From contig OZ257142.1 of assembly GCA_965279035.1 (NCBI GenBank), positions 864,001 to 928,000 of the forward strand: 64,000 bases of DNA, given 5' to 3'. Positions within the stretch are counted from its first letter, which is position 1, and every line of letters begins with the position of its first letter. The notes under the pieces were generated by a model. It made no database searches, was not told the origin of the DNA, and saw only the letters and a program-made list of their open reading frames with translations. The position numbers and the translations under genes are program-made. This DNA is from Bacteroidia bacterium. Its GTDB lineage: Bacteria > Bacteroidota > Bacteroidia > M30B66. Shown piece after piece: positions 53,309-62,258 of this stretch.

Positions 53309-54458
53309 GATGTTGTTTTTTTTCAAGATTGCGTGTATACCAAATTCCAATAACACCCAAAATCATGAGAGTACACGAAATAATTTGCGCTTGAGTAATG
53401 CCTAATCCACCAATGTGATATTGCGTATTAACGCGAATTGATTCAATTAGAAAACGTTCCATTCCGTTCAGAATGAGGTAGATGCTAAACAATAAACCCG
53501 GCGTTGTTATTTTCTTGCGGATGGACCAAAGCACTAAAAACAGAATGATTGCCATGACTGTTTCGTAGAATGATGTTGGGTAAACAGCTTGTGGTAATTC
53601 GTGGCACCAGCGTCCAACACATCCGGGAATGGGAACTCCTTCGTTATTTACGTTATGCGGAAACTTAAACGCCCACATCCAGTCAGGTAGAAAACTCATC
53701 CAATTGGGTTTGGGAGATGAATTCACAATTCCCCAATCTCCATCGCCCGACATCATGCAACCAATTCGACCAATACCGTATGAGAGCATCAAGGCTGGAG
53801 CGGCTGCATCGGTAAGGTGAATGGCGGGTAAACCATTCTTGCGACCATACCGAATAATGAGAATGGCGGCAACGATTAATCCACCATAAAAAGTAAGTCC
53901 TGAAAATGAGAGTAATGCACCTATTGGATCGGCCATGAATTCTGCCGGATTTTCAAGATTGTGAAAGATTTTCGCACCCAATAATCCACCGATCACACCA
54001 AAGAGAATGATATTTCCAACATGATCTTCGGCTTTCATTGGGACAGAAAGCGTTTCTCTTTTGACTTTTTTCTGAGTTTCACTTTCTCTATAGCGCCAGT
54101 AAATCATGGCAGCGGCAATCAACAGTCCGCCAACAAAATTTCCTTTGGTAGATAAAAGTGTTGTTTGAGGATCGTTTACAAATTCACTGTAATTCATTGC
54201 CATATAAAAGGCTTTGAATCCGATGATGAAACCTAGAATACCTGCGATGATATAATCAGAAACCTGAGCTTCTTTCCCCACTTCAAGCATTCTTTTTCCT
54301 GTTTTGAACTGTCCGAGTTTTTCTTTTCTACGGAGCTCAAGCGTTAAAATATAGGCAGCAACGAGGAATGCGATAGCAACGAAAAAACCAAATGTTTGTA
54401 TGGGAAGAGGAAGATCGATTCCGAATGATTTCAGAAGTTCGCTAATGGTTGCGTACAT
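53295..54458 (-). CDS. lgt: Prolipoprotein diacylglyceryl transferase (long Bacteroidota form)
   Basis: GLLGAKIFH, GLTFYGG, GIGRIGC…GDGDWG, YPTSFYE, ERFLIESIR. Confidence 0.88.
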   Translation of the reverse strand: MYATISELLKSFGIDLPLPIQTFGFFVAIAFLVAAYILTLELRRKEKLGQFKTGKRMLEVGKEAQVSDYIIAGILGFIIGFKAFYMAMNYSEFVNDPQTTLLSTKGNFVGGLLIAAAMIYWRYRESETQKKVKRETLSVPMKAEDHVGNIILFGVIGGLLGAKIFHNLENPAEFMADPIGALLSFSGLTFYGGLIVAAILIIRYGRKNGLPAIHLTDAAAPALMLSYGIGRIGCMMSGDGDWGIVNSSPKPNWMSFLPDWMWAFKFPHNVNNEGVPIPGCVGRWCHELPQAVYPTSFYETVMAIILFLVLWSIRKKITTPGLLFSIYLILNGMERFLIESIRVNTQYHIGGLGITQAQIISCTLMILGVIGIWYTRNLEKKQHHVAS

Positions 54459-55794
54459 ATATAAATCTATTGCTGAGTTGGGTTTGGGATATTGAAATTG
54501 GTTTACCTAAACAGATTCCTTCCGAATCAATTTCTTGAAGTTGGAATGTTTCGATTGTATTTGTTTTTGATGAGTCGAATGCAGTTTTGACTTTAACATA
54601 ATTCTCAGTAAAACCATACATCCATTCACCATCACGTTCGCCTTCCCAAAGTACTTGAACTGTTTTACCCAATTGATTTTGGTAGAAGAATCGTTTCTTT
54701 TTTTCAGAAAGAATGTGAAGCATTTTACTACGAAGTGCTCTCACTTTTTCCGGAACAACTCCAGGAAGTTCTATCGCTTGTGTATTATCGCGTTCGGAGT
54801 ATGTGAAAACGTGGAGATATGAAACGTCCAACTCATTGATGAATGCATAACTATTTTGAAATTCTTCATCTGTTTCTCCGGGGAAACCTACTATTACATC
54901 TACGCCAATGCAGCAATTGGGCATCAATTCTTTAATTAGGGCAACACGGCTTTCATACACATCGCGTTTGTAACGGCGGCGCATTCGTCGGAGCGTTTGG
55001 TTGCTGCCCGATTGCAATGGTATATGGAAATGAGGAACGAATTTTTGCGAACTAGCTACAAATCGAATGATTTCATCGCTGAGTAAATTGGGTTCGATGG
55101 ATGAAATACGGAAACGTTCAACACCATCTAGTTTGTCGAGTTCCTGAATTAATTCTAAGAAACTTTCCCCATTGTACTTTCCAAAATCTCCTGTATTAAC
55201 GCCTGTTAGGATAATTTCTTTGGTTCCCGTTTCACGAATGAGTTCACGAGCTGCATCAAGGGTAGATACAATGGTTTCGCTGCGGCTTTTCCCTCTTGCT
55301 AAAGGAATGGTGCAAAAGGAACAGGAATAATCGCAGCCATCTTGTACTTTGAAAAATGTACGTGTACGATCACCCGAACTATAGGAAGGTACGAAGGTGT
55401 GCACATCCTCAATTTCGCAGGCATGAATCTGCGCTTTGATATTCTTTTCTGATTCTTGAATGTGTTCTAAAATGTTGAATTTCTCATTTGCTCCAAGCAC
55501 GAGATCAACTCCCAGAATTTCAGCAATTTCGTTTGGCTTTAGTTGAGCATAACAACCAATAACAGCAATGTAGGCATGAGGAGAAACCCGCAAAGCCCGA
55601 TTTACTAAGCTTTTGCATTTTTTATCTGCATTGTCGGTTACCGAACAGGTATTGATGATATACATATCGGGAGAATCATCAAAATCAACCTTCGTATAGC
55701 CAGCACCCTGAAACAGTCGGGCAACGGTTGAGGTTTCCGAAAAATTCAGTTTGCAACCAAGAGTATAAAATGCAACGCGTTTGCTTGTTTCCAT
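54442..55794 (-). CDS. mtaB: tRNA t6A37 methylthiotransferase MtaB (radical SAM)
   Basis: TLGCKLNFSE, NTCSVT, KVQDGCDYSCSFC, RFRISSIEP, HVFTYSER. Confidence 0.92.
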   Translation of the reverse strand: METSKRVAFYTLGCKLNFSETSTVARLFQGAGYTKVDFDDSPDMYIINTCSVTDNADKKCKSLVNRALRVSPHAYIAVIGCYAQLKPNEIAEILGVDLVLGANEKFNILEHIQESEKNIKAQIHACEIEDVHTFVPSYSSGDRTRTFFKVQDGCDYSCSFCTIPLARGKSRSETIVSTLDAARELIRETGTKEIILTGVNTGDFGKYNGESFLELIQELDKLDGVERFRISSIEPNLLSDEIIRFVASSQKFVPHFHIPLQSGSNQTLRRMRRRYKRDVYESRVALIKELMPNCCIGVDVIVGFPGETDEEFQNSYAFINELDVSYLHVFTYSERDNTQAIELPGVVPEKVRALRSKMLHILSEKKKRFFYQNQLGKTVQVLWEGERDGEWMYGFTENYVKVKTAFDSSKTNTIETFQLQEIDSEGICLGKPISISQTQLSNRFIYVRNH

Positions 55795-55957
55795 TCGGCT
55801 GCAAATGTACCATAAATGTGTATTCAGCCCTTTAAAAAGCCAAGTTTTGAGCAGGAAACTTTCCCCAACTTTAAAAATAAAACACTGAATTACAGTACAT
55901 AAGCATCTTTTTTGAAAAGAGATAATATACTGCTCTTGTCTGAGTAAATATTTGGAC

Positions 55958-55965
55958 TACATTTG
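55958..55965 (+). promoter_or_regulatory. -7 promoter element for tRNA-Glu-rpsT
   Basis: TACATTTG about 23 nt upstream of the tRNA. Confidence 0.7.
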
Positions 55966-55988
55966 CATTCCAATTTTTGAAAAAAAAT

Positions 55989-56060
55989 GGCCCGTTCATC
56001 TAGGGGTTAGGATACAAGATTTTCATTCTTGGTACAGGGGTTCGATTCCCCTACGGGCTA
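55989..56060 (+). tRNA. tRNA-Glu (anticodon TTC), CCA not encoded
   Basis: Acceptor GGCCCGT/ACGGGCT, anticodon arm CAAGA-TTTTCAT-TCTTG, T arm AGGGG-TTCGATT-CCCCT. Confidence 0.96.
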
Positions 56061-56084
56061 CTACTCAAATAGAGAAAAAAACAA

Positions 56085-56339
56085 ATGGCAAATCACAAAT
56101 CAGCAATCAAACGGATTCGTTCTAACGATGCAAAACGTAATCGTAACCGTTATTTTCACAAAACGACTCGTAATGCGCTGAAGAAACTTCGCCTTACATC
56201 AGACAAAAAAGAAGCACAATCACAATTGCTTGTTGTTTCTTCTATGCTTGATAAATTAGCTAAGAAAAGCATCATTCATAAGAACAAAGCAGGTAATCTT
56301 GTAGGAAAGATTACTCGTTACGTGAACTCTTTGAAATAG
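56085..56339 (+). CDS. rpsT: 30S ribosomal protein S20
   Basis: MANHKSAIKRIR…IIHKNKA. Confidence 0.98.
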   Translation: MANHKSAIKRIRSNDAKRNRNRYFHKTTRNALKKLRLTSDKKEAQSQLLVVSSMLDKLAKKSIIHKNKAGNLVGKITRYVNSLK

Positions 56340-56360
56340 ATTTTTTTCAAATCAGAATTT

Positions 56361-56390
56361 AACCTCGGCCTCAACCGGGGTTTTTTTGTT
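56361..56390 (+). terminator. Intrinsic terminator after rpsT
   Basis: AACCTCGG-CCTCAA-CCGGGGTT followed by a T run. Confidence 0.85.
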
Positions 56391-57413
56391 TTATGATTTG
56401 CTCAGTTTTTCTTCAGGCACCTCGTCTTCGAAACGATCAGGTTCTCCTTTCGCTTGAATCAATTGCTCTATACTAATTCGATCATAGTCATCAAAATGGT
56501 TGACTTCAATTTGTGAAGAACCATCTTCAGCAACCGTTAATATTTTTCTCCATCGAGCACCCCAAATCACATCTTCTTCAAGGTAAGAATAACGCACTTG
56601 AACATTCGTGAAAAATGAATCATCATATCCTTGAATTAGGATTAATAATTCAGGTTCTGAGGCTCTAAATTCCTCTTCGTTCATTCCATAAAACGGACTG
56701 TTTTCATCAATGGGATGAACTACTGTCCAGCTTGTTGGGAAGAATACAATATCATCGCGTTCGAGCTTTAATCGAAAAAATCGTCTACCTGGCTGCCCAT
56801 TTTCATCCGAAAGCGTAATGGCAATGCTCACGTTGGCACTTAAGTTTACTAATTGACTTTTCATCCGATTCGTCAATCTAAACATGAGTGCTGTTTGATT
56901 TTTATACGGACTAATTAGAATATTTCTGCTAAACATGAGCTTGGCAATGGGTTTTGAAAAACGCCCGAAGACCAATCCAGTTATTAATGCAAAGCTCGAA
57001 ACGCCCAATAAAGCTTCAAAGGCAGCAATGGTATTCACAAGAATACCGCTTGGGCTTACACGACCGTATCCAACTGTGCTTAATGTTTGTGCACTAAAGA
57101 AAAAGGCTTCCCAAAAATGACCGCTTTCATCGGCTGGATCAATTCCTCTCAAATTATCAATGCCACATAAAAGATAAATTCCAGCAAAAACGAGGTTGAT
57201 AAAGAAATACCATAACAAAACGAATAGGAAAAAACGGTTCCAGCTTGTTGCAAGTAATTCATTGTATGGGTTGAAGGATTCAAAAACAGAGATTCCTTTT
57301 CTTACAACATTGAATGAGCCGTCTTTATTGAGTAAACGTTTCTTTTGACCCGTATTTCCAAATCCAAATTCCTGCTCTTGTACTTTTCTTCTTCTTCTGA
57401 AATGTTCTCCCAC
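56391..57413 (-). CDS. Inward-rectifier potassium channel (KirBac-like)
   Basis: Two TMs flanking FFFSAQTLSTVGYG, FGRFSKP, LMFRLTN, WTVVHPIDENSPF. Confidence 0.9.
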   Translation of the reverse strand: MGEHFRRRRKVQEQEFGFGNTGQKKRLLNKDGSFNVVRKGISVFESFNPYNELLATSWNRFFLFVLLWYFFINLVFAGIYLLCGIDNLRGIDPADESGHFWEAFFFSAQTLSTVGYGRVSPSGILVNTIAAFEALLGVSSFALITGLVFGRFSKPIAKLMFSRNILISPYKNQTALMFRLTNRMKSQLVNLSANVSIAITLSDENGQPGRRFFRLKLERDDIVFFPTSWTVVHPIDENSPFYGMNEEEFRASEPELLILIQGYDDSFFTNVQVRYSYLEEDVIWGARWRKILTVAEDGSSQIEVNHFDDYDRISIEQLIQAKGEPDRFEDEVPEEKLSKS

Positions 57414-57422
57414 AGCTGTGAT

Positions 57423-59849
57423 TTATTTTTCAAAAATAATAGTCATTTCAACACGTCGGTTTTTTTGTCGCCCTTCTGGAGTTTTGTTTGAAGCAATCGG
57501 TTTGGTTTGACCAAACCATTCCGTTGTTAAGCGATCAGGATTTATCTTCTTACTAATCATATACGTTTTTAAAGCCAAAGCCCGATTTTTCGAAAGCGCC
57601 ATGTTTGTTTGTGGTTTACCAACATTGTCGGTATGCCCCGAAATTAAAAGACTCCAACTATTTTTCTTCAACAGCAATTCAGCCAAATTATCGAGCGATT
57701 CGTAAGATGATTCTTTGATTAATGCTTTTCCTGTTTCAAACTCTAAGTTCTCAAATGCTGTGTTGAGAATTTCTTGTTCTTCTTTCAATAATTCTGGACA
57801 GCCATTATTTTTCAAACTTCCAGCTATTGAAGGGCATTTGTCTATTTCATCGTTCAATCCATCTCCATCACTATCCAAAGGAACGACAATAGGAAATGTT
57901 ATTATTTCAATTTCCGGGATTTTAACTGGGCAGCCTTTGTCAGTTCCTGGAACATCAGGACATAAATCAAGGTGATCAGCAAATCCATCTTTGTCTGAAT
58001 CTGGACAACCTTGTAGAGATAATAATCCAAACTTGGTAGGACAAATATCTTTCGTGTCAATCAATCCATCCCCATCGGTATCAGGACAACCAGCAAAATT
58101 TCGAGGACCAGCTAAATCGGGACATTCGTCTTCTTTATCTGGAATGCTATCTAAGTCGCGATCTGGACAACCTCCCAAATAAGCAAAACCAGCCAATGTT
58201 GGACATTGATCTTCAGAATCAATAATTCCATCGTCATCTCGATCGGGACAACCATTTAATTCAGGTTTACCTGCATTGTCGGGGCATTTATCGAGTTTAT
58301 CTGCAATGCCATCATGGTCTCTATCTGGACAACCTTTCATATCAACACTTCCAGATTCGAGTGGGCATTCATCGAATTTATCAGCAATTCCATCGTGGTC
58401 GGAATCGGGGCAACCATTTAAGCCAAATACTCCAGGAACATCAGGACATTCATCTTTGGAATTGGGAATTCCATCACCATCTTTATCACAGTAGTTTGGT
58501 CGTTCTGTATCGTAACCACTCACTAAAGTAATACCTGCACGCAGGTTAGTTCCACGACTATTGTATTGTCCAAACAGCCCGATTAAATTGTCGGAGATAA
58601 CCGAAAATTGGGTTAATCCAAGATTCAGCGTAAAGCCTGCACCCAGATTTATAAAAGAATTATTTTGATACGCTCCATTGATTGAAAACTCTAGCAGATC
58701 GTTAAAACGTTTTGTAAAACCTAAGGAAGCAGAAGGATATAGCTTTCCTTTATATGAACTGCCCATCAACAAAAACTGAAAGGAATTTCGGTTGTGTAAA
58801 GTATAATGTCCGCCAAAATAGTATCGTGTTGGCAAATGAGAAACATAATTATCGCTTCGTTCTTTGATGTTGAAAATATTGCCTAAGGAATCGAGATAAT
58901 GTTGAACACCATTGTTGATTGTATCGGTATTGGTCGATAAAAATTTATCAATAGGCACACCGGTAAAAGAGAAAGAAGGGATATTATTATAATAGTTGAC
59001 TGGTTTAAAACGCCAGTTGATATTTCCAATATCGAGTACACTTGCAAACACATCAAAATGATCATTGAATTTATATTCACCACCAAGATCTAAAGCAAAT
59101 CCACGATTTCTTCTTTCGAAAAGATAAGTCCAACGCTTGGTCGAATCCATACTAAAATCGCGCAATCCAGAAGAGTTAATTAGGATATCGGAAGTGCCAG
59201 TTAAATCGAACGTAACAGGTGCCGTATTCAGTTTGATATTGCTCCGGTTTATATCCAAGTTTTCCATGCCATACAGGTATTTCGCGGTAAATCCTAAGCG
59301 TAGTTTACACTTAAAATCACGCGACATTCCGAAAGCATATTCTCTGTAATGTGTTGCGGTAATGAATAAATTTCCAAGATCAGAGGTTTGCCCTATTTTA
59401 GGACCATTTCCGTTGATTGCAACATCCATTAAATCTTTGGTAAACTGCGATTGAAGTAAAAACTTTTCAGTTATTCTTCCATTCACATACCATCGGCCTT
59501 CGCGCCAACCAACACTTACTAAATCGGTTTGAGCAGTTGCAGAAATGTAATTTGTTTTTCGTAATCCTGATAAAAAACCTGTGAAATCAAAATAGATGGA
59601 GTCAGTGTTTGCTTTTTTCTTAATTAAATCGCGGTAAGTAAAACTGCTATTGCTAAAACTGAGGTAATTATTGGAAATTAAAGGCAAGCCTAAATAAAAT
59701 TCTTCTTTAGGCAAGAAAGCAGGATTGACAGTTACTTTATGAGGATTGTAATTTTGATTTAATAAAATGAAATCGGATTGAGAAAACGTGCTGAAATGCA
59801 ACAACAGAAAACATCCTACATGCAGAAGTGTTAGAGCAGACTTCCTCAT
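57423..59849 (-). CDS. Outer-membrane beta-barrel (DUF5723-like) + thrombospondin type-3 repeats + OmpA C-terminal domain
   Basis: Signal peptide, NPAF, amphipathic strands, 8 DxDxDG…CP repeats, LEFETGKA…GHTDNVG…LSKNRA…NRRVE. Confidence 0.8.
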   Translation of the reverse strand: MRKSALTLLHVGCFLLLHFSTFSQSDFILLNQNYNPHKVTVNPAFLPKEEFYLGLPLISNNYLSFSNSSFTYRDLIKKKANTDSIYFDFTGFLSGLRKTNYISATAQTDLVSVGWREGRWYVNGRITEKFLLQSQFTKDLMDVAINGNGPKIGQTSDLGNLFITATHYREYAFGMSRDFKCKLRLGFTAKYLYGMENLDINRSNIKLNTAPVTFDLTGTSDILINSSGLRDFSMDSTKRWTYLFERRNRGFALDLGGEYKFNDHFDVFASVLDIGNINWRFKPVNYYNNIPSFSFTGVPIDKFLSTNTDTINNGVQHYLDSLGNIFNIKERSDNYVSHLPTRYYFGGHYTLHNRNSFQFLLMGSSYKGKLYPSASLGFTKRFNDLLEFSINGAYQNNSFINLGAGFTLNLGLTQFSVISDNLIGLFGQYNSRGTNLRAGITLVSGYDTERPNYCDKDGDGIPNSKDECPDVPGVFGLNGCPDSDHDGIADKFDECPLESGSVDMKGCPDRDHDGIADKLDKCPDNAGKPELNGCPDRDDDGIIDSEDQCPTLAGFAYLGGCPDRDLDSIPDKEDECPDLAGPRNFAGCPDTDGDGLIDTKDICPTKFGLLSLQGCPDSDKDGFADHLDLCPDVPGTDKGCPVKIPEIEIITFPIVVPLDSDGDGLNDEIDKCPSIAGSLKNNGCPELLKEEQEILNTAFENLEFETGKALIKESSYESLDNLAELLLKKNSWSLLISGHTDNVGKPQTNMALSKNRALALKTYMISKKINPDRLTTEWFGQTKPIASNKTPEGRQKNRRVEMTIIFEK
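57795..58487 (-). repeat. Eight ~27-aa (81-nt) TSP3-like Ca-binding repeats in the OmpA fusion
   Basis: DxDxDGIxDxxDxCPxxxGxxxxxGCP seven times in tandem, a 17-aa spacer, then an eighth copy. Confidence 0.9.
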
Positions 59850-59851
59850 AA

Positions 59852-61516
59852 TTAAAATGTCTTATGTGCTTTAATTCGAGCTGCGATGCGGATATGTAAT
59901 GCATCATTTTCAAGAATTTTAACAGCTAATTGACCTAAATCATAGGTAGTTAAACGGGCTTTAATCAATATGCGATCTGCTTCAAACTGTGAAATCTTTA
60001 GCCATTTAGCACGATCAATTGTAGCATCAGTAATTTTTTGAGATGGTGTTGTTACCGTTCCATTAGTTCCTGTTGCTCCTGGTAATAAAACCGGCTCATT
60101 CCCTTGCGTATATAAAGAATCAATAATTTGTAATGTTAAATTCGAGGGATCGAGTTGCTTGCAGAAATACACTTGAAGTTTTCCATCTGTTGGGAATCCA
60201 TTGATGATATTCAAGCGTAACATGATTTCATCTACATCTTCAGAAATCGATTTGAATTGAAATTCCAAAGTATCTCGCACTTGAAGGTCAAGCGTTAATC
60301 CATTCAAGGGCAAAGTAACTTCGCTATAAAGCCTAACTCTACTCGTATCTCGCAAAAAATAACCTGTTCCACTTGGGCTTGTATTAAATTGATAATTTCC
60401 TCGACTAAGCATGTATCGTGGAAATAAATTAATCACATCAGAAATATTTGAACTCCCATTCGTGAAATTATATTCTTGTTGAGAAGCAACTGATGATGAT
60501 TGGCCTTGTCCTGCAATGGAAGTTGGGAAAGTAAATCCACTTAAATCAACCGAAGGAATTGAAGTTCCTGGTCGATAAGCATTGAAACTAGTTTGTGTGT
60601 AATTAATAGGTAATCCAGTAGAATTACTCACTATAATTTTAGCCGAAGGATTTGAAAATAATAGGTTCTGAGCACTGATTACATTTTTGAAAATATGAAG
60701 AAATAAGGTGTCATCTTGATTCAGTGGAGCTGAATAATTTCCAAAATATCCTGAAAGTTTTCCAAAGGCTTCATCCTCAAAATTGAGTTGTGTTGTGAAA
60801 AGATTACCTGTTGGAATTGATTGGGAATTGGTTCGAGTAATATCGATTTTATAATGAATATTAACGACTTCACCAGTTGGTGATGGTGTTAAATATGCCC
60901 CAGCTAGATTACGTTCTATATTCGTTATAACTGGAGTTTGGTTGGAATATATGATGGGAACTACTTGTCGGTAAATTTGATTATTGATAATTAATTCTGG
61001 AATCTCAATCGTTATTGCCGTTGCTTGAGGAACCAAACTACTTATTGACAAGCGAAGTTTTCCGCTTTTAAAAAATACGGTATCGAGTTGTGATGCAGCG
61101 CCTAAAGTAGCATCGAAAGAATAAGGGAGTGAATATGAAACAGAATCTACGAGTGTCGCTCCAATTGTGGAATTTGCATTAAATGCAGCACTGTTTCCAG
61201 CGCTTGGACTAAAACTACTGCTAAGATTAACTTGAGGAAGAGATAGAAGTTCTGCAGCAGTTGGGCTAAGTGCAGTGCTTGAATAAATGACTTCTACAAT
61301 TCCTAAATCATCGGCCGAAATAACTGTAGGAGATTCATCTTTTGCTAAAATGTCTTTCGCTGTTAAAACTGAATTTACTAATGGAAATGCCAAATCGGGA
61401 TTCCATTCTGATTCAGATAGCTTAGAAAAATCATCCTTTAAACATCCAGAATACATGAAAAGAATCCCAGAAATTAGGGTGAAAAGAAGGCTTTTTATTG
61501 GGTAGATTTTTTTCAT
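59852..61516 (-). CDS. Beta-rich outer-membrane lipoprotein of unknown function
   Basis: MKKIYP…FMYSGC lipobox, WNPDLAFPL; 2 nt gap to the barrel-OmpA gene. Confidence 0.75.
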   Translation of the reverse strand: MKKIYPIKSLLFTLISGILFMYSGCLKDDFSKLSESEWNPDLAFPLVNSVLTAKDILAKDESPTVISADDLGIVEVIYSSTALSPTAAELLSLPQVNLSSSFSPSAGNSAAFNANSTIGATLVDSVSYSLPYSFDATLGAASQLDTVFFKSGKLRLSISSLVPQATAITIEIPELIINNQIYRQVVPIIYSNQTPVITNIERNLAGAYLTPSPTGEVVNIHYKIDITRTNSQSIPTGNLFTTQLNFEDEAFGKLSGYFGNYSAPLNQDDTLFLHIFKNVISAQNLLFSNPSAKIIVSNSTGLPINYTQTSFNAYRPGTSIPSVDLSGFTFPTSIAGQGQSSSVASQQEYNFTNGSSNISDVINLFPRYMLSRGNYQFNTSPSGTGYFLRDTSRVRLYSEVTLPLNGLTLDLQVRDTLEFQFKSISEDVDEIMLRLNIINGFPTDGKLQVYFCKQLDPSNLTLQIIDSLYTQGNEPVLLPGATGTNGTVTTPSQKITDATIDRAKWLKISQFEADRILIKARLTTYDLGQLAVKILENDALHIRIAARIKAHKTF

Positions 61517-61575
61517 CCGATTGGGTTCTGTTCGAAATATACTCAATATTTAATTAAACGAAATTCAAAAGGAGT

Positions 61576-62193
61576 TCAATGATTATCGAACAAACTCAGT
61601 TGTTTTGGTAATAATGTAAAGCTCATTCTATGGTAAATACATGGACCATATTCTCGTATTGCATTGCGATGAAAGAGTGTTCCGTATCCTTTGTTTTTTT
61701 TCCAATCATACTGAGGAAATTGCTGATGAATAATTTCCATCTCCTCATCTCGATGCGTCTTTGCAAGTATGGAAGCTGCTGCAATTGAACGGTATTTTCC
61801 ATCTCCTCCAACAATGCTTGTGTGTTCAATTCCAGGATAGGATTTGAATCTATTCCCATCAATCAATAAAAATTCGGGCTGAACTTTTAATTGTTCAATG
61901 GCTCGATGCATTGCAAGAAAGGAAGCCTGTAAAATATTAATGGTATCAATTTCATCTGCACTCGCTTTTCCTACCGCCCATGTGATCGCTTCAGATTCAA
62001 TAATTGGTCTTAAAAGATTCCTGCTTTTTTCACTTAATTGTTTGGAATCGTTTAATAATGGATGATGAAAATCGACTGGTAAAATAACTGCAGCAGCAAG
62101 CACTGGTCCTGCCAAGCAGCCTCTGCCAGCCTCATCCACACCAGCTTCACACTTCAAGGGATTAAAATAATGGAGTAATTCTACTTTTTTCAT
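61576..62193 (-). CDS. rnhB: Ribonuclease HII
   Basis: [39 protein letters not shown]. Confidence 0.97.
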   Translation of the reverse strand: MKKVELLHYFNPLKCEAGVDEAGRGCLAGPVLAAAVILPVDFHHPLLNDSKQLSEKSRNLLRPIIESEAITWAVGKASADEIDTINILQASFLAMHRAIEQLKVQPEFLLIDGNRFKSYPGIEHTSIVGGDGKYRSIAAASILAKTHRDEEMEIIHQQFPQYDWKKNKGYGTLFHRNAIREYGPCIYHRMSFTLLPKQLSLFDNH

Positions 62194-62258
62194 TTTGATA
62201 AAAATACATCGTGAGTTTCACATTTCATTATTTAAGGGAATTTGTATCTTTCAATCTG

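Noticed and set aside
54442-55794. Radical SAM enzyme near the RRE as a possible RiPP maturase
   Set aside because: It has the UPF0004 + radical SAM architecture of the housekeeping tRNA methylthiotransferase MtaB and no SPASM domain.
55989-56060. tRNA as an integration site for a mobile element
   Set aside because: No integrase, no duplicated tRNA 3' end seen, and it is directly followed by rpsT.
57795-58487. Periodic ~81-nt repeats considered as a CRISPR array or VNTR
   Set aside because: Degenerate at the DNA level, in frame and conserved as protein (TSP3 repeats); no cas genes nearby.
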